A DNA stretch of 32,000 nucleotides from Micrococcus luteus NCTC 2665 (lineage in GTDB: Bacteria; Actinomycetota; Actinomycetes; Actinomycetales; Micrococcaceae): assembly GCF_000023205.1 (NCBI RefSeq), contig NC_012803.1:1-32000 (forward strand). The letters run 5' to 3'. The translations under genes and the position numbers were made by a program. Of the stretch, positions 19,701 through 27,405 are shown in pieces. Position 1 is the stretch's first letter. Each line of letters begins with the position of its first letter. The notes below the pieces were generated by a model, which worked only from the letters and a program-made list of their open reading frames with translations, searched no databases and had not been told where the DNA came from.

Positions 19701-21164
19701 TCAGATGCGGCGGCACAGGGGCAGGGCGGCGGCGGTGAACGCGGCCGCCTGTTGTCCGACGAGCAGCCGGGTTTCACAGGAGGCTTGGATCGCGGCCTGC
19801 TCAATTGCCGCGACACCGGCCTCCAGCTCCTCGACGCTGGGTGCGGAGACGCTGATGAGGCCGGTGAACCGCAGCACCCCGTGGCCGGCGGTCAGGTCCG
19901 CCTCCTGCTGGAGTACGTCGTGGTACTCGGCGGTCTGGGTGGCGTCTTCGATCTGCCCGATCTTCGCCCGCTGAGCGGCGTCGGAGATGTGCTCGACCTT
20001 CTTCTTGCGGATGTCCCGGGCGGCTTGGTCCGAACGCATCGGCGTGCACAGCAGCGAGAACGAGCGTTGGATGCCGGTGGACAGCAGCACCGGGGACAGG
20101 AACCCGGGGTAGACCATCGAGCGCGGCCACTCGCTGATCCACAGCACCGCGTGGTGGGCGGAGTCGGTGCGCAGGCGGCCCCAGGACTCGTTGACGGCGA
20201 CGGGACCGGCGGTAGCCAGGTGCTGGCCGAGTTCGCCGTGGCGCTCCAGGGTCGCGGCGATCGCCGGGTCATACGCGCTGCGCAGGATCACCGCGATCTG
20301 TCCCGGGCTCAGCCATCCCGCGGGCTTCAGGTCGGCTGAGCGCAGCGCCGCGGTGAGGGTTGACATTTCTTGGCGCAGGACGGCGGCGGCCCCGCGGATG
20401 CCGCCACCGGCGGTCCTGATCTGCCGGGCAGCGGTCTTCATATCCAGCGACAGGGACAGGGTGGTGGCGTGTCGTTCCCCGGCCGGCCCGGCACGCTCGA
20501 TGAGTTCGGCATAGGTGGTTGCGGCCCAGCTGTCGTCGGCGGTGCCGTGGGAGGCCCACCATTCAGCGAGCCCGGTACCGGAGTCCGACAGCGTCCGTTC
20601 CAGGACTTGCAGTGTAGCGATTCGTCCGGAGCGGCACACCGTGGCCAGCACGCGGCCCCAGGAGGTGACGCGGCGTTCCTGCTCGCCCGGGTCCAGGAGC
20701 ACGAACGCGGGATGGGTCACCTCGCAGACCACGGTGAGGGTCGCGGCGTGGGGGTCGTGGATCATCCCGGCCCCGGTGTCGGTGTCGGTGTACTCGCGCA
20801 GTCGCGCCATGTCACCGGGCAGCGCGAGCGTCCCGGCCGGCCGGGGTGCCACGATGCGGCGCCGATAGAGAAGTTGCCCGCAGGTGCTGCGCCACAGCCA
20901 CCAGCACGCGACCGGTAGCCATTCCACGGCCGGGCGTCCGGCGACGGGTACCCAGGTCAGGGCGGCGGCGAGCACCCAGACGGGTGCGGTGTAGGCCAGC
21001 AGGATGCCACCGCCGGCATAGAGGGCGCCGACGACGGCGAGGACGCCGGTGGCGAGGGTGATGAGCTGGGCCAGGGACAGGCCGAGGAGGATGCCGCGAC
21101 GGGTGAGCCGGGAGAACTTGACCGGCACCAGCTCGGTGGAGGACTCCTTCTGCTTCGTGGTCAT
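19701..21164 (-). CDS. Conjugation membrane protein (resembles the SCO6880 family of actinobacterial T4SS clusters, from memory)
   Basis: The start was trimmed to the ATG at 21164 (MTTKQKESSTELVPVKFSRLTRRGILLG). It has two N-terminal TM helices followed by a soluble domain of about 400 aa. Confidence 0.75.
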   Translation of the reverse strand: MTTKQKESSTELVPVKFSRLTRRGILLGLSLAQLITLATGVLAVVGALYAGGGILLAYTAPVWVLAAALTWVPVAGRPAVEWLPVACWWLWRSTCGQLLYRRRIVAPRPAGTLALPGDMARLREYTDTDTGAGMIHDPHAATLTVVCEVTHPAFVLLDPGEQERRVTSWGRVLATVCRSGRIATLQVLERTLSDSGTGLAEWWASHGTADDSWAATTYAELIERAGPAGERHATTLSLSLDMKTAARQIRTAGGGIRGAAAVLRQEMSTLTAALRSADLKPAGWLSPGQIAVILRSAYDPAIAATLERHGELGQHLATAGPVAVNESWGRLRTDSAHHAVLWISEWPRSMVYPGFLSPVLLSTGIQRSFSLLCTPMRSDQAARDIRKKKVEHISDAAQRAKIGQIEDATQTAEYHDVLQQEADLTAGHGVLRFTGLISVSAPSVEELEAGVAAIEQAAIQASCETRLLVGQQAAAFTAAALPLCRRI

Positions 21165-21171
21165 GGCCGTC

Positions 21172-22650
21172 TCAGTCCTTCCCGGTCGGCTTCGGTGCCG
21201 GCGGCGGGGCCGGCTTCGGCGCAGGTGGCGCCGGTTGTGAGGGACCCGCCGACGGCGTCTTCGGCTCAGCAGGAGACGGAGCCTTCGTGGTCGGTGCGGA
21301 TGACGTCCGGGACGCCGCAGGAGGGGGTGTGGCGCCGGTCTGCCCGGCACTGTCGGCGGCGGCCTCGCCCTGGTTCCCGAGGGCCGTGCCGGCCTTCGGA
21401 CCGGCGGTCGCCGCGTCCTTGGCGACCTTCGCCGCGATGACCGCCGCTGCGGCAGGACCAGCCGCAGCAGCACCCCCACTCGCCGTACCCGCGCCGGCAC
21501 CACCACTTGCTCCTGCGCCGGCTCCGGCGGACCCACCCGCGGTGCCGGCGCCTCCGGCAGCACTCGCCCCGCCCCCGGATGCCTGGGGTGCGGAGGTCTT
21601 TGGCTGGGGCGGCGTCTTCCCTCCGGCTCCACTGCCGCCTCCGCCACCGCTCTCGTTGCCGCCGCTATTGCCGCCGTCGAGGACCTTCTGGGGGCCGTCG
21701 CCGGCTGGTTTCGTCGGGGTGGGGACGGGCCGGTTGAGGGCCTGTTTGGCGTCTTGTTCGGAGCCGATCGCGTGGTACATGTCGAACCCGATGAAGCTGA
21801 TGAACTTGTAGGTCAGGTAGGGGGCGAACGCGGCCATCGCCATCAGCACGATCCCCGCCAGCGGGTCACTGATCGAGGTCAGGTCCGCATCGATCGGTGC
21901 CGAAACCTGGGTGATGGCGACCAGGAACATCAAGACCAGGACGAGCTTGGAGCAGATCAGCGCGATGACGAACATCGCCCACTTGCCGATCCACCCCCTG
22001 CTGGCGTCCCACGACGCACCGGAGAACGCCAGGGGTGCGAACACGATCGCCACCAGCAACAGCGCCTTGCGCACGAGCAGCGACAGCCACACGATCGCGG
22101 CAGCGGCGATCGCCAAGCCGGCGAGGAAGATCGTGATGATCGCCCCCACCCCGGGGGCGGCGATGTTGATCCCGACCAGGCCCGCGGCGAGGAGGGTGAT
22201 CTTGTCGCCCATGGACGCGGTGGTTTCCCCGGCAGCCTGGATGACCCCGACACAGAGCTGGTCGACGATCTCCAGCAGCAACGCCGTCAGCGTGATCACC
22301 ACGAACGAGCCGAGCACGGACTTCGCCAACCCGAGGGCGGCCCGAGACAGGGCGGTGGGGTCGCGGCGGATCAGGCCGGTGAGCAGTTGGAGGCAGAAGA
22401 AGATCAGCATCACGAACACGGCGATGCCGAACAGCAGGTTGTAGACCGCCACATACTCGGGCCGGGTGACGTCGACGAGCGTGGTGGTGTCGAACACGGA
22501 CCACACTGCCTCGAACAGCCAGCCGGCGGCAGCGCCCATCGCTTGGGCGAGCCAGTCGAACGGTGCCGCCACCAGGGACGCGGCGGCTTCGCCGGCGGTG
22601 TCGCACACGGCCGAGATGACGGGGATATCGCATACTCCCACCGCAATCAC
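21172..22650 (-). CDS. VirB6/TrbL-like polytopic membrane protein with a Gly/Ala/Pro-rich tail
   Basis: 492 aa with at least 6 predicted TM helices in residues 1-300. Residues from about 305 to 492 are low complexity. The start is uncertain: the GTG at 22650 abuts the AGGAG, while the GTG at 22641 has better spacing. Confidence 0.75.
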   Translation of the reverse strand: MIAVGVCDIPVISAVCDTAGEAAASLVAAPFDWLAQAMGAAAGWLFEAVWSVFDTTTLVDVTRPEYVAVYNLLFGIAVFVMLIFFCLQLLTGLIRRDPTALSRAALGLAKSVLGSFVVITLTALLLEIVDQLCVGVIQAAGETTASMGDKITLLAAGLVGINIAAPGVGAIITIFLAGLAIAAAAIVWLSLLVRKALLLVAIVFAPLAFSGASWDASRGWIGKWAMFVIALICSKLVLVLMFLVAITQVSAPIDADLTSISDPLAGIVLMAMAAFAPYLTYKFISFIGFDMYHAIGSEQDAKQALNRPVPTPTKPAGDGPQKVLDGGNSGGNESGGGGGSGAGGKTPPQPKTSAPQASGGGASAAGGAGTAGGSAGAGAGASGGAGAGTASGGAAAAGPAAAAVIAAKVAKDAATAGPKAGTALGNQGEAAADSAGQTGATPPPAASRTSSAPTTKAPSPAEPKTPSAGPSQPAPPAPKPAPPPAPKPTGKD

Positions 22651-22678
22651 TCCTTCGGGATCGAGTCAGCGGTTGGTG

Positions 22679-23017
22679 TCAGACCTGTTGGCCGACGTCC
22701 CAGAAGAAGTTGATCAACGTCACGCTGGCGCCGCAGATCACCGCGGCTCCGCAGCTCACGAGGACGCCCATCTTTCCGCGGCCGGCGAGGTGGGGGTTGG
22801 AGGAGTTCGCGCCGAAGCCCCACACGATCGCGGAGATGATCAGCGCGAGCACCGACAGGATCAGGCCGACGGTCATCACCGCGCCGACGATCGTGCGCAG
22901 CTGGGCGATGCCCGGTAGACCGGAATCGTTGGGGGTGATGTCGACATCCATCGGCACCAGCACGGGCAGCGCGGCGAGTGTGGTGGCGGCGTCGGTGATC
23001 AGGGTCAGGGCGTTCAT
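22679..23017 (-). CDS. Small two-TM membrane protein, VirB2/TrbC pilin-like (paralog 1)
   Basis: 112 aa with a strong RBS (aaggag, 8-nt spacer, ATG at 23017). A 22-aa hydrophobic leader precedes a core that aligns with paralog 2. Confidence 0.7.
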   Translation of the reverse strand: MNALTLITDAATTLAALPVLVPMDVDITPNDSGLPGIAQLRTIVGAVMTVGLILSVLALIISAIVWGFGANSSNPHLAGRGKMGVLVSCGAAVICGASVTLINFFWDVGQQV

Positions 23018-23098
23018 GGCGGGTGCTCCTTAGGCAAGCGAGGACAGGGGTTCTCGCTGTTCAGGTGCACGGCTGTCACCAGTTCGTAGGATGGTCAG

Positions 23099-23701
23099 GT
23101 GGAGATCGAGACGGTGCGGGCTGCGTACGCGCGACGTGCCGGTGAGTACATCGCCCGACTCGGGTCTATCGATGCCACGGCGCTAGCAGATCAGGACTTG
23201 ATCAACGCGTGGGGGCGTAGTGTCCATGGGCCTGTCCTGGACGTCGGGTGCGGACCCGGTCACTGGGCAAGCTTCCTGAACCAGACCGGTGTCAAGGTAA
23301 CGGGGATCGATCCGGTGCCTGAGTTCATCGACGACGCCCGCGCCCGGTTCCCGGACGTCGCCTTTCGGGTTGGACGGGCCGAGGCCCTCGACGTGTACGA
23401 CGCCAGCGTGGGCGGCATCCTGGCGTGGTACTCACTGATTCACACCGACCCGTCACAGCTGACTGCGGTGTTCGGCGAGTTTGCCCGGGTGCTGCGACCC
23501 GGCGGCAGCATTCTGGTGGGCTTCTTCGCCGGTGTGGACCTGACCCGGTTCGACCACGCGGTGACCACCGCCTACTTTTGGCCCCCGCACATGCTCAGCG
23601 CGGTGATCGAGGACGCAGGTTTCAGTGTGATTGCCTCGCATACGCGGACCGACCCCGGGCGCGCGCATGGTGACGTCAAAGCCCACCGTCTCCGGTGGTG
23701 A
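23099..23701 (+). CDS. Class I SAM-dependent methyltransferase (small-molecule type)
   Basis: 200 aa with motif I VLDVGCGPGHW, post-I TGIDP and motif II/III region GGILAWYSLIH...LRPGGSILV. It is the only + strand gene inside the ICE. Confidence 0.85.
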   Translation: MEIETVRAAYARRAGEYIARLGSIDATALADQDLINAWGRSVHGPVLDVGCGPGHWASFLNQTGVKVTGIDPVPEFIDDARARFPDVAFRVGRAEALDVYDASVGGILAWYSLIHTDPSQLTAVFGEFARVLRPGGSILVGFFAGVDLTRFDHAVTTAYFWPPHMLSAVIEDAGFSVIASHTRTDPGRAHGDVKAHRLRW

Positions 23702-23704
23702 CGC

Positions 23705-23971
23705 TTACATCGTCTGGCCGAGGTCGATGAGCCAGTTCATCCACGCCACTCCGGCACCGGCCAGGATCGCGGTGCCGAGGGCGACGAGGACACCGGTGCG
23801 GCCCTTCCCTGCTGCACTGTAGTTGCCGTTCGCGGCGGCGATGGCCCAGATGATGGCGGAGACGATCAGCATCAGGACGCTGGTGATGAGCACGAACGTC
23901 AGCAGCGCGCCGATCACTGCGCGCAGGTCATCGATCCCGCCGATCCCGCCGAAGTCAGGGAACACGTCCAT
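23705..23971 (-). CDS. Small two-TM membrane protein, VirB2/TrbC pilin-like (paralog 2)
   Basis: The start was trimmed to the ATG at 23971 (MDVFPDFGGIGGIDDLRAVIGALLTF). 88 aa, aligning along its whole length with residues 23-112 of paralog 1. Confidence 0.7.
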   Translation of the reverse strand: MDVFPDFGGIGGIDDLRAVIGALLTFVLITSVLMLIVSAIIWAIAAANGNYSAAGKGRTGVLVALGTAILAGAGVAWMNWLIDLGQTM

Positions 23972-23976
23972 GCCGC

Positions 23977-25641
23977 TCAGCTCCCGGACCGGGCGGTGAC
24001 GTGGAGGTGGTCGTAGTGGCCGCCGGTGACGTCGCCGGGGTCGTGCATGCCGCCGCCGTTGTAGTCGCGCCATCCTTCGGCGTCGCGGGAGAGGGACCAG
24101 ATCTTGCCCTGCCAGATGAGGTATTCGACCCCGAGGGTTTCGGCGTGGTCTTTCATCCAATTGGTGATGTCCCAGCCGGCTTCGAGCTGCGCTGGTGTGG
24201 GGTGCTGGCCGATGGCGTTGCCGAAGGTCAGATCGCAGGCCCGGCCGAGCGGGTGTTCGGAGCGGGTGCCGGGACGGGGCGAGTAGCAGGCCCAGGAGGT
24301 GTCAGGGAAGGCGGCAGTGCCCTGCTGGTATAGGTGCAGCATCCGAGCGGTGATCTGTCCGTCGCTGGTGGGGTCATCCACGAGGCGGTCCGGATCACCG
24401 TCGAGGGGGTCGGGCTGCCCGCCCGGAGTGCTGGTGTCGGGGTCGCAGCCGGCCGGGGCGCCGGTCTCGGGTTCGGGGAGGTCAGCAGCATCATGGGCGT
24501 TGAGCCAGGCGGCGGGGTCGATGTGCTCACCGTCGGTGCCGCCGGTACGGACCTCGAAATGCAGATGCGGCCCGGTGCTGTTGCCGGAGGAGCCAATGTC
24601 GCCGATGTGCTGGCCAGCGGTGACAGTGTCGCCGGGTTGGACGTGGATGCCGGTCTCCCACATGTGCCCGTACGCGGTCGCAAAGGTCTGCCCGTCGAGG
24701 GTGTGTTCGATGACGATGAGCCCGCCGTAGCCGCCGGAGAACTCGGCGACGGTGACGGTGCCATCGGCCGCCGCGAGGATCGGGGTGCCGTCCGGGGCGG
24801 CGAAGTCGGTGCCGGTGTGGAACGAACTCTCCCCGGAGATCGGATGGACCCGCGGTCCGTACTCGCTGGTCAGCACCCAGGTGCCCTCGGGCACCGGGAA
24901 CACCACCCGTGAAGACTCCGCCACCGCCTGAACCGCTGGAGCCACGGTGTCGTCGGTCGACATCCCCGCAGTGACTGCGTCGGCTGTTGCGGTGGTGCCG
25001 GTGAGGGTGGTCAGGATGGTCTCGGCGACGGGCTCGTAGTTGCGGTACCGGTCGGGGTAGGCGGACACCTCGACGGCTTGGGCAGCTTCGCCCTTGTCCA
25101 TCTGCTCCCAGCCGGGGACGTCCAACAGGCCCCGCGGTGAGGGGTGGTTGGGGCCGGTGGGTCCGCCGAAGAACGCCTGCGCCTGATACGTCGGGTCCAT
25201 CAGCTCGGCGACGGTGCCCCACCCGGACTGCGGCCGCATCTGAAACAACCCCAGGGAATCGTGGTCGGAGCCGTCGCCATCGTTGGGAAAGTCCGCCGAC
25301 TCCGGATAGACGCTCGTGTTGGACAGCATCCGCAGGGTGGATTCGGTCAGCGCCGCCATCAGCGCAATCACCAGCCCGTCCCGGGTCACCCCGTCGATGC
25401 TCGTGTCGGTCTCGATGATCGTCGCCGCATGCGTGAGCTGCTGCCGGTTCAGGGTGAAGGTCTCGCCGTTGGCGGTCGTGACGGTGAGTTCGTCGGGGAC
25501 GTCGCCGACCGTGACGCTTGTGCCGGCCACGGTGCAGGAGGCTGAGGCGGCAGGGTTCATCACCACCCCGACCCCGACCAGCACCAGCGACGGCGCCAGG
25601 AACACCAGCGCGAGAGCGGCGAGGGCGAGCTTCTTCACCAT
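23977..25641 (-). CDS. Secreted multi-domain peptidoglycan hydrolase (SLT-like, M23 and LAS/M15-like domains)
   Basis: 554 aa with a signal peptide (MVKKLALAALALVFLAPSLV). Transglycosylase-like ES and GLFQM motifs, M23 motifs HTGTD and HLHFE, and C-terminal H-x6-D (EHPLGRACD) and HxH (DHLHV) motifs. GGAGG RBS. Confidence 0.88.
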   Translation of the reverse strand: MVKKLALAALALVFLAPSLVLVGVGVVMNPAASASCTVAGTSVTVGDVPDELTVTTANGETFTLNRQQLTHAATIIETDTSIDGVTRDGLVIALMAALTESTLRMLSNTSVYPESADFPNDGDGSDHDSLGLFQMRPQSGWGTVAELMDPTYQAQAFFGGPTGPNHPSPRGLLDVPGWEQMDKGEAAQAVEVSAYPDRYRNYEPVAETILTTLTGTTATADAVTAGMSTDDTVAPAVQAVAESSRVVFPVPEGTWVLTSEYGPRVHPISGESSFHTGTDFAAPDGTPILAAADGTVTVAEFSGGYGGLIVIEHTLDGQTFATAYGHMWETGIHVQPGDTVTAGQHIGDIGSSGNSTGPHLHFEVRTGGTDGEHIDPAAWLNAHDAADLPEPETGAPAGCDPDTSTPGGQPDPLDGDPDRLVDDPTSDGQITARMLHLYQQGTAAFPDTSWACYSPRPGTRSEHPLGRACDLTFGNAIGQHPTPAQLEAGWDITNWMKDHAETLGVEYLIWQGKIWSLSRDAEGWRDYNGGGMHDPGDVTGGHYDHLHVTARSGS

Positions 25642-25656
25642 GAGCGCACCTCCGGC

Positions 25657-26355
25657 CTATCGGAGGGGGTTGTCGAGCTGGGACAACCGCAGCAGGTGGC
25701 AGGTGTCGTAGGTCGGGCCGCAGACGAGGAACACGGTGAACGTCACCGGATGCTCGGAGGTGACGCTCTCGTCGTTCCAGAGGCCGGTGCGGTGGCGGGT
25801 GCCCTCGATCGTGTAGGCGATGGTGCCCTCGGCGAGCTGACCGGGTTGCGCCTGTTCGAGGGCCGCATCCCAGGCATCGGGCACATAGGCGTCGTCGATG
25901 GTCAGGTGCTGGGCGGTGGCGTAGTGGCGCAGCTCGATCCAGGCGTCCCGGTTCGGCAGGTAGGTGGTGATGTCGGAGGCGAGCCCGGCCTGCTCGGCAC
26001 CCGAGGGGTCGCCGATGGCGAGGATGACCGAGGTGTAGTCCAGGGGCATGAACCCGCTGGCCGTGTCCCAGGCGAATAGCGCCGTCGCGACGTTGCGGGC
26101 GAAGGTCTCCGGATCGGCCGAGGTCCGCACCGTCGGCAGACGTGGTGTCGCGGTCGGGGCCGGATCGCCGGGCGCCGGATCGCTGGGTGCAGTCACAGCC
26201 GGCCCAGACCCGGAGGCGTCCTCGTTGGTGGTGGGTGGTCCGGTGAGGAGGCCGTAGACGCCGACACCGGCCAGCACCAGGACCGCCACGAGGGCGGCGA
26301 GTACGGCGATCAGCCGATGACGGGAACGCGGGGCAGACAGGTCGAGAGTCTTCAT
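25657..26355 (-). CDS. Membrane-anchored hypothetical protein
   Basis: ATG at 26355 (MKTLDLSAPRSRHRLIAVLAALVAVLVLAGVGV). It has a single N-terminal TM helix, a Pro-rich linker and a globular C-terminal domain. An alternative GTG start lies at 26376. Confidence 0.65.
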   Translation of the reverse strand: MKTLDLSAPRSRHRLIAVLAALVAVLVLAGVGVYGLLTGPPTTNEDASGSGPAVTAPSDPAPGDPAPTATPRLPTVRTSADPETFARNVATALFAWDTASGFMPLDYTSVILAIGDPSGAEQAGLASDITTYLPNRDAWIELRHYATAQHLTIDDAYVPDAWDAALEQAQPGQLAEGTIAYTIEGTRHRTGLWNDESVTSEHPVTFTVFLVCGPTYDTCHLLRLSQLDNPLR

Positions 26356-26394
26356 ACCCCGTAGGCGCACGACCACGCCCCGCCCTTGGTGCGG

Positions 26395-27405
26395 TTAGAG
26401 GGCGCGCAGGTGCCCCCGTGCGGGGGTTTCGTGGCCTGCGCGGCGGTCGCGGGCGGTCCGCAGTTCCTCGGCGAACCTGCTGGTGCCCTCAACCGTGGTC
26501 AGGAAGGACTCGATCTGCTCATCGGTGAGTTCGGCGACGAGCTGGTCGGCGTCGTAGTGGGTCCACCAGTCGATCAGTTCGGTCCAGGTCAGCACGAACG
26601 CCCGCACCGGATATTGCGCCGGCTCACCGGCGTCGTCGGGTGTTCCTGCGGGTCGAGGGACGCGCTTCTTCGCTTTCGCGTTCTTGGCGCGGGTGAGGGC
26701 ATCGGCGGCGAGCTGGTGCAGGTCCGCCTCGCGGTGGTTCCTGGCGGTCTCGGCGAGGTCGTGGATGTGCCGGTAGATCGGATCGACGGCGGCACCGGCG
26801 TCGATCCGCTCCAGCTCACCGGCCACGTATTGGCGTAGCTCGGTCGGCTGGGCGGTGTCGTCGGCAAGCTGCTGGAGGTAGCCGATCTTGTCCAGCGTGG
26901 TGTGGGACGCACTCCCGGGGACCATCGCCGCCGCCTGCTCCCGGGTCTTCCCGGAGGCGCCTGGTGACGGTGGTGCAAAATTTGCACCACCGTCACTTCC
27001 AGGCTGATTCTCCGCACTGAACCGGGCCGCGGCTTGCCTGCGGGCGGCGTCTTCGGCCATCAGCGCCTTCAGCTCCCGGTAGAGGGCGGCGGCTTCGGTC
27101 TGGGTCAGGGGTTTGTGCAGGACGTTGTCGTCCTGCTCGGCCAGGAGGTGACCGAGCCGGTCGGAGATGCCCGAGCGGACCCACACGTTGACGGTCTTCC
27201 AGCCGAGCTGCCTGATCGCTGTCAGCCTGCGGGCCCCGCACACGAGCACGCCTTCGGGGGTGATGGTGATGGGCTGCAACAGTCCGTCGCGGTCGATGGA
27301 GACAGCTAGTTCGTCGATGTCGCCTAGCTCGGTGCGGTGTCGGTGCCCGACCTGGATCGAGGCGACGGTGCGTTCCAGCTCGATGGACCCCGCCGGCGCG
27401 CTCAT
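26395..27405 (-). CDS. ParB-like N-terminal domain protein (orphan; no ParA in the window)
   Basis: 336 aa. ParB/Srx motifs GLLQPITI and VCGARRLTAIRQLG, the latter similar to the GERRxRA arginine patch. ATGA overlap with the upstream gene. Confidence 0.85.
   Translation of the reverse strand: MSAPAGSIELERTVASIQVGHRHRTELGDIDELAVSIDRDGLLQPITITPEGVLVCGARRLTAIRQLGWKTVNVWVRSGISDRLGHLLAEQDDNVLHKPLTQTEAAALYRELKALMAEDAARRQAAARFSAENQPGSDGGANFAPPSPGASGKTREQAAAMVPGSASHTTLDKIGYLQQLADDTAQPTELRQYVAGELERIDAGAAVDPIYRHIHDLAETARNHREADLHQLAADALTRAKNAKAKKRVPRPAGTPDDAGEPAQYPVRAFVLTWTELIDWWTHYDADQLVAELTDEQIESFLTTVEGTSRFAEELRTARDRRAGHETPARGHLRAL
26964..26996. repeat. 33-bp perfect palindrome (16-bp arms, 1-nt centre) inside the ParB-like CDS
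   Basis: gtgacggtggtgcaaa a tttgcaccaccgtcac, with an AT-rich centre AAAATTT in GC-rich DNA. It encodes the linker peptide SDGGANFAPPSP. Confidence 0.95.

Noticed and set aside
14903-21647. 5-prime extended versions of ICE ORFs in the track (14903..17098, 16684..17715, 18731..19816, 19701..21647; also 23705..24160 and 28402..28959)
   Set aside because: The extensions are Arg/His/Pro-rich and overlap the preceding genes extensively. Internal starts give 1-4 nt start/stop overlaps or good RBS spacing, and the proteins then begin with sensible N-termini.
21172-21740. Repetitive GGx/GCx-rich DNA considered as a CRISPR array or tandem repeat
   Set aside because: There is no regular repeat-spacer periodicity. 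It is a biased-composition coding region for the Gly/Ala/Pro tail of the VirB6-like protein.
23099-23701. Methyltransferase as a DNA methyltransferase, orphan R-M or anti-restriction component
   Set aside because: Only the generic class I SAM-binding motifs are visible. There is no DPPY/NPPY or PCQ-type catalytic motif, no target-recognition domain and no adjacent endonuclease. It looks like a small-molecule or protein methyltransferase, although I cannot exclude other substrates.
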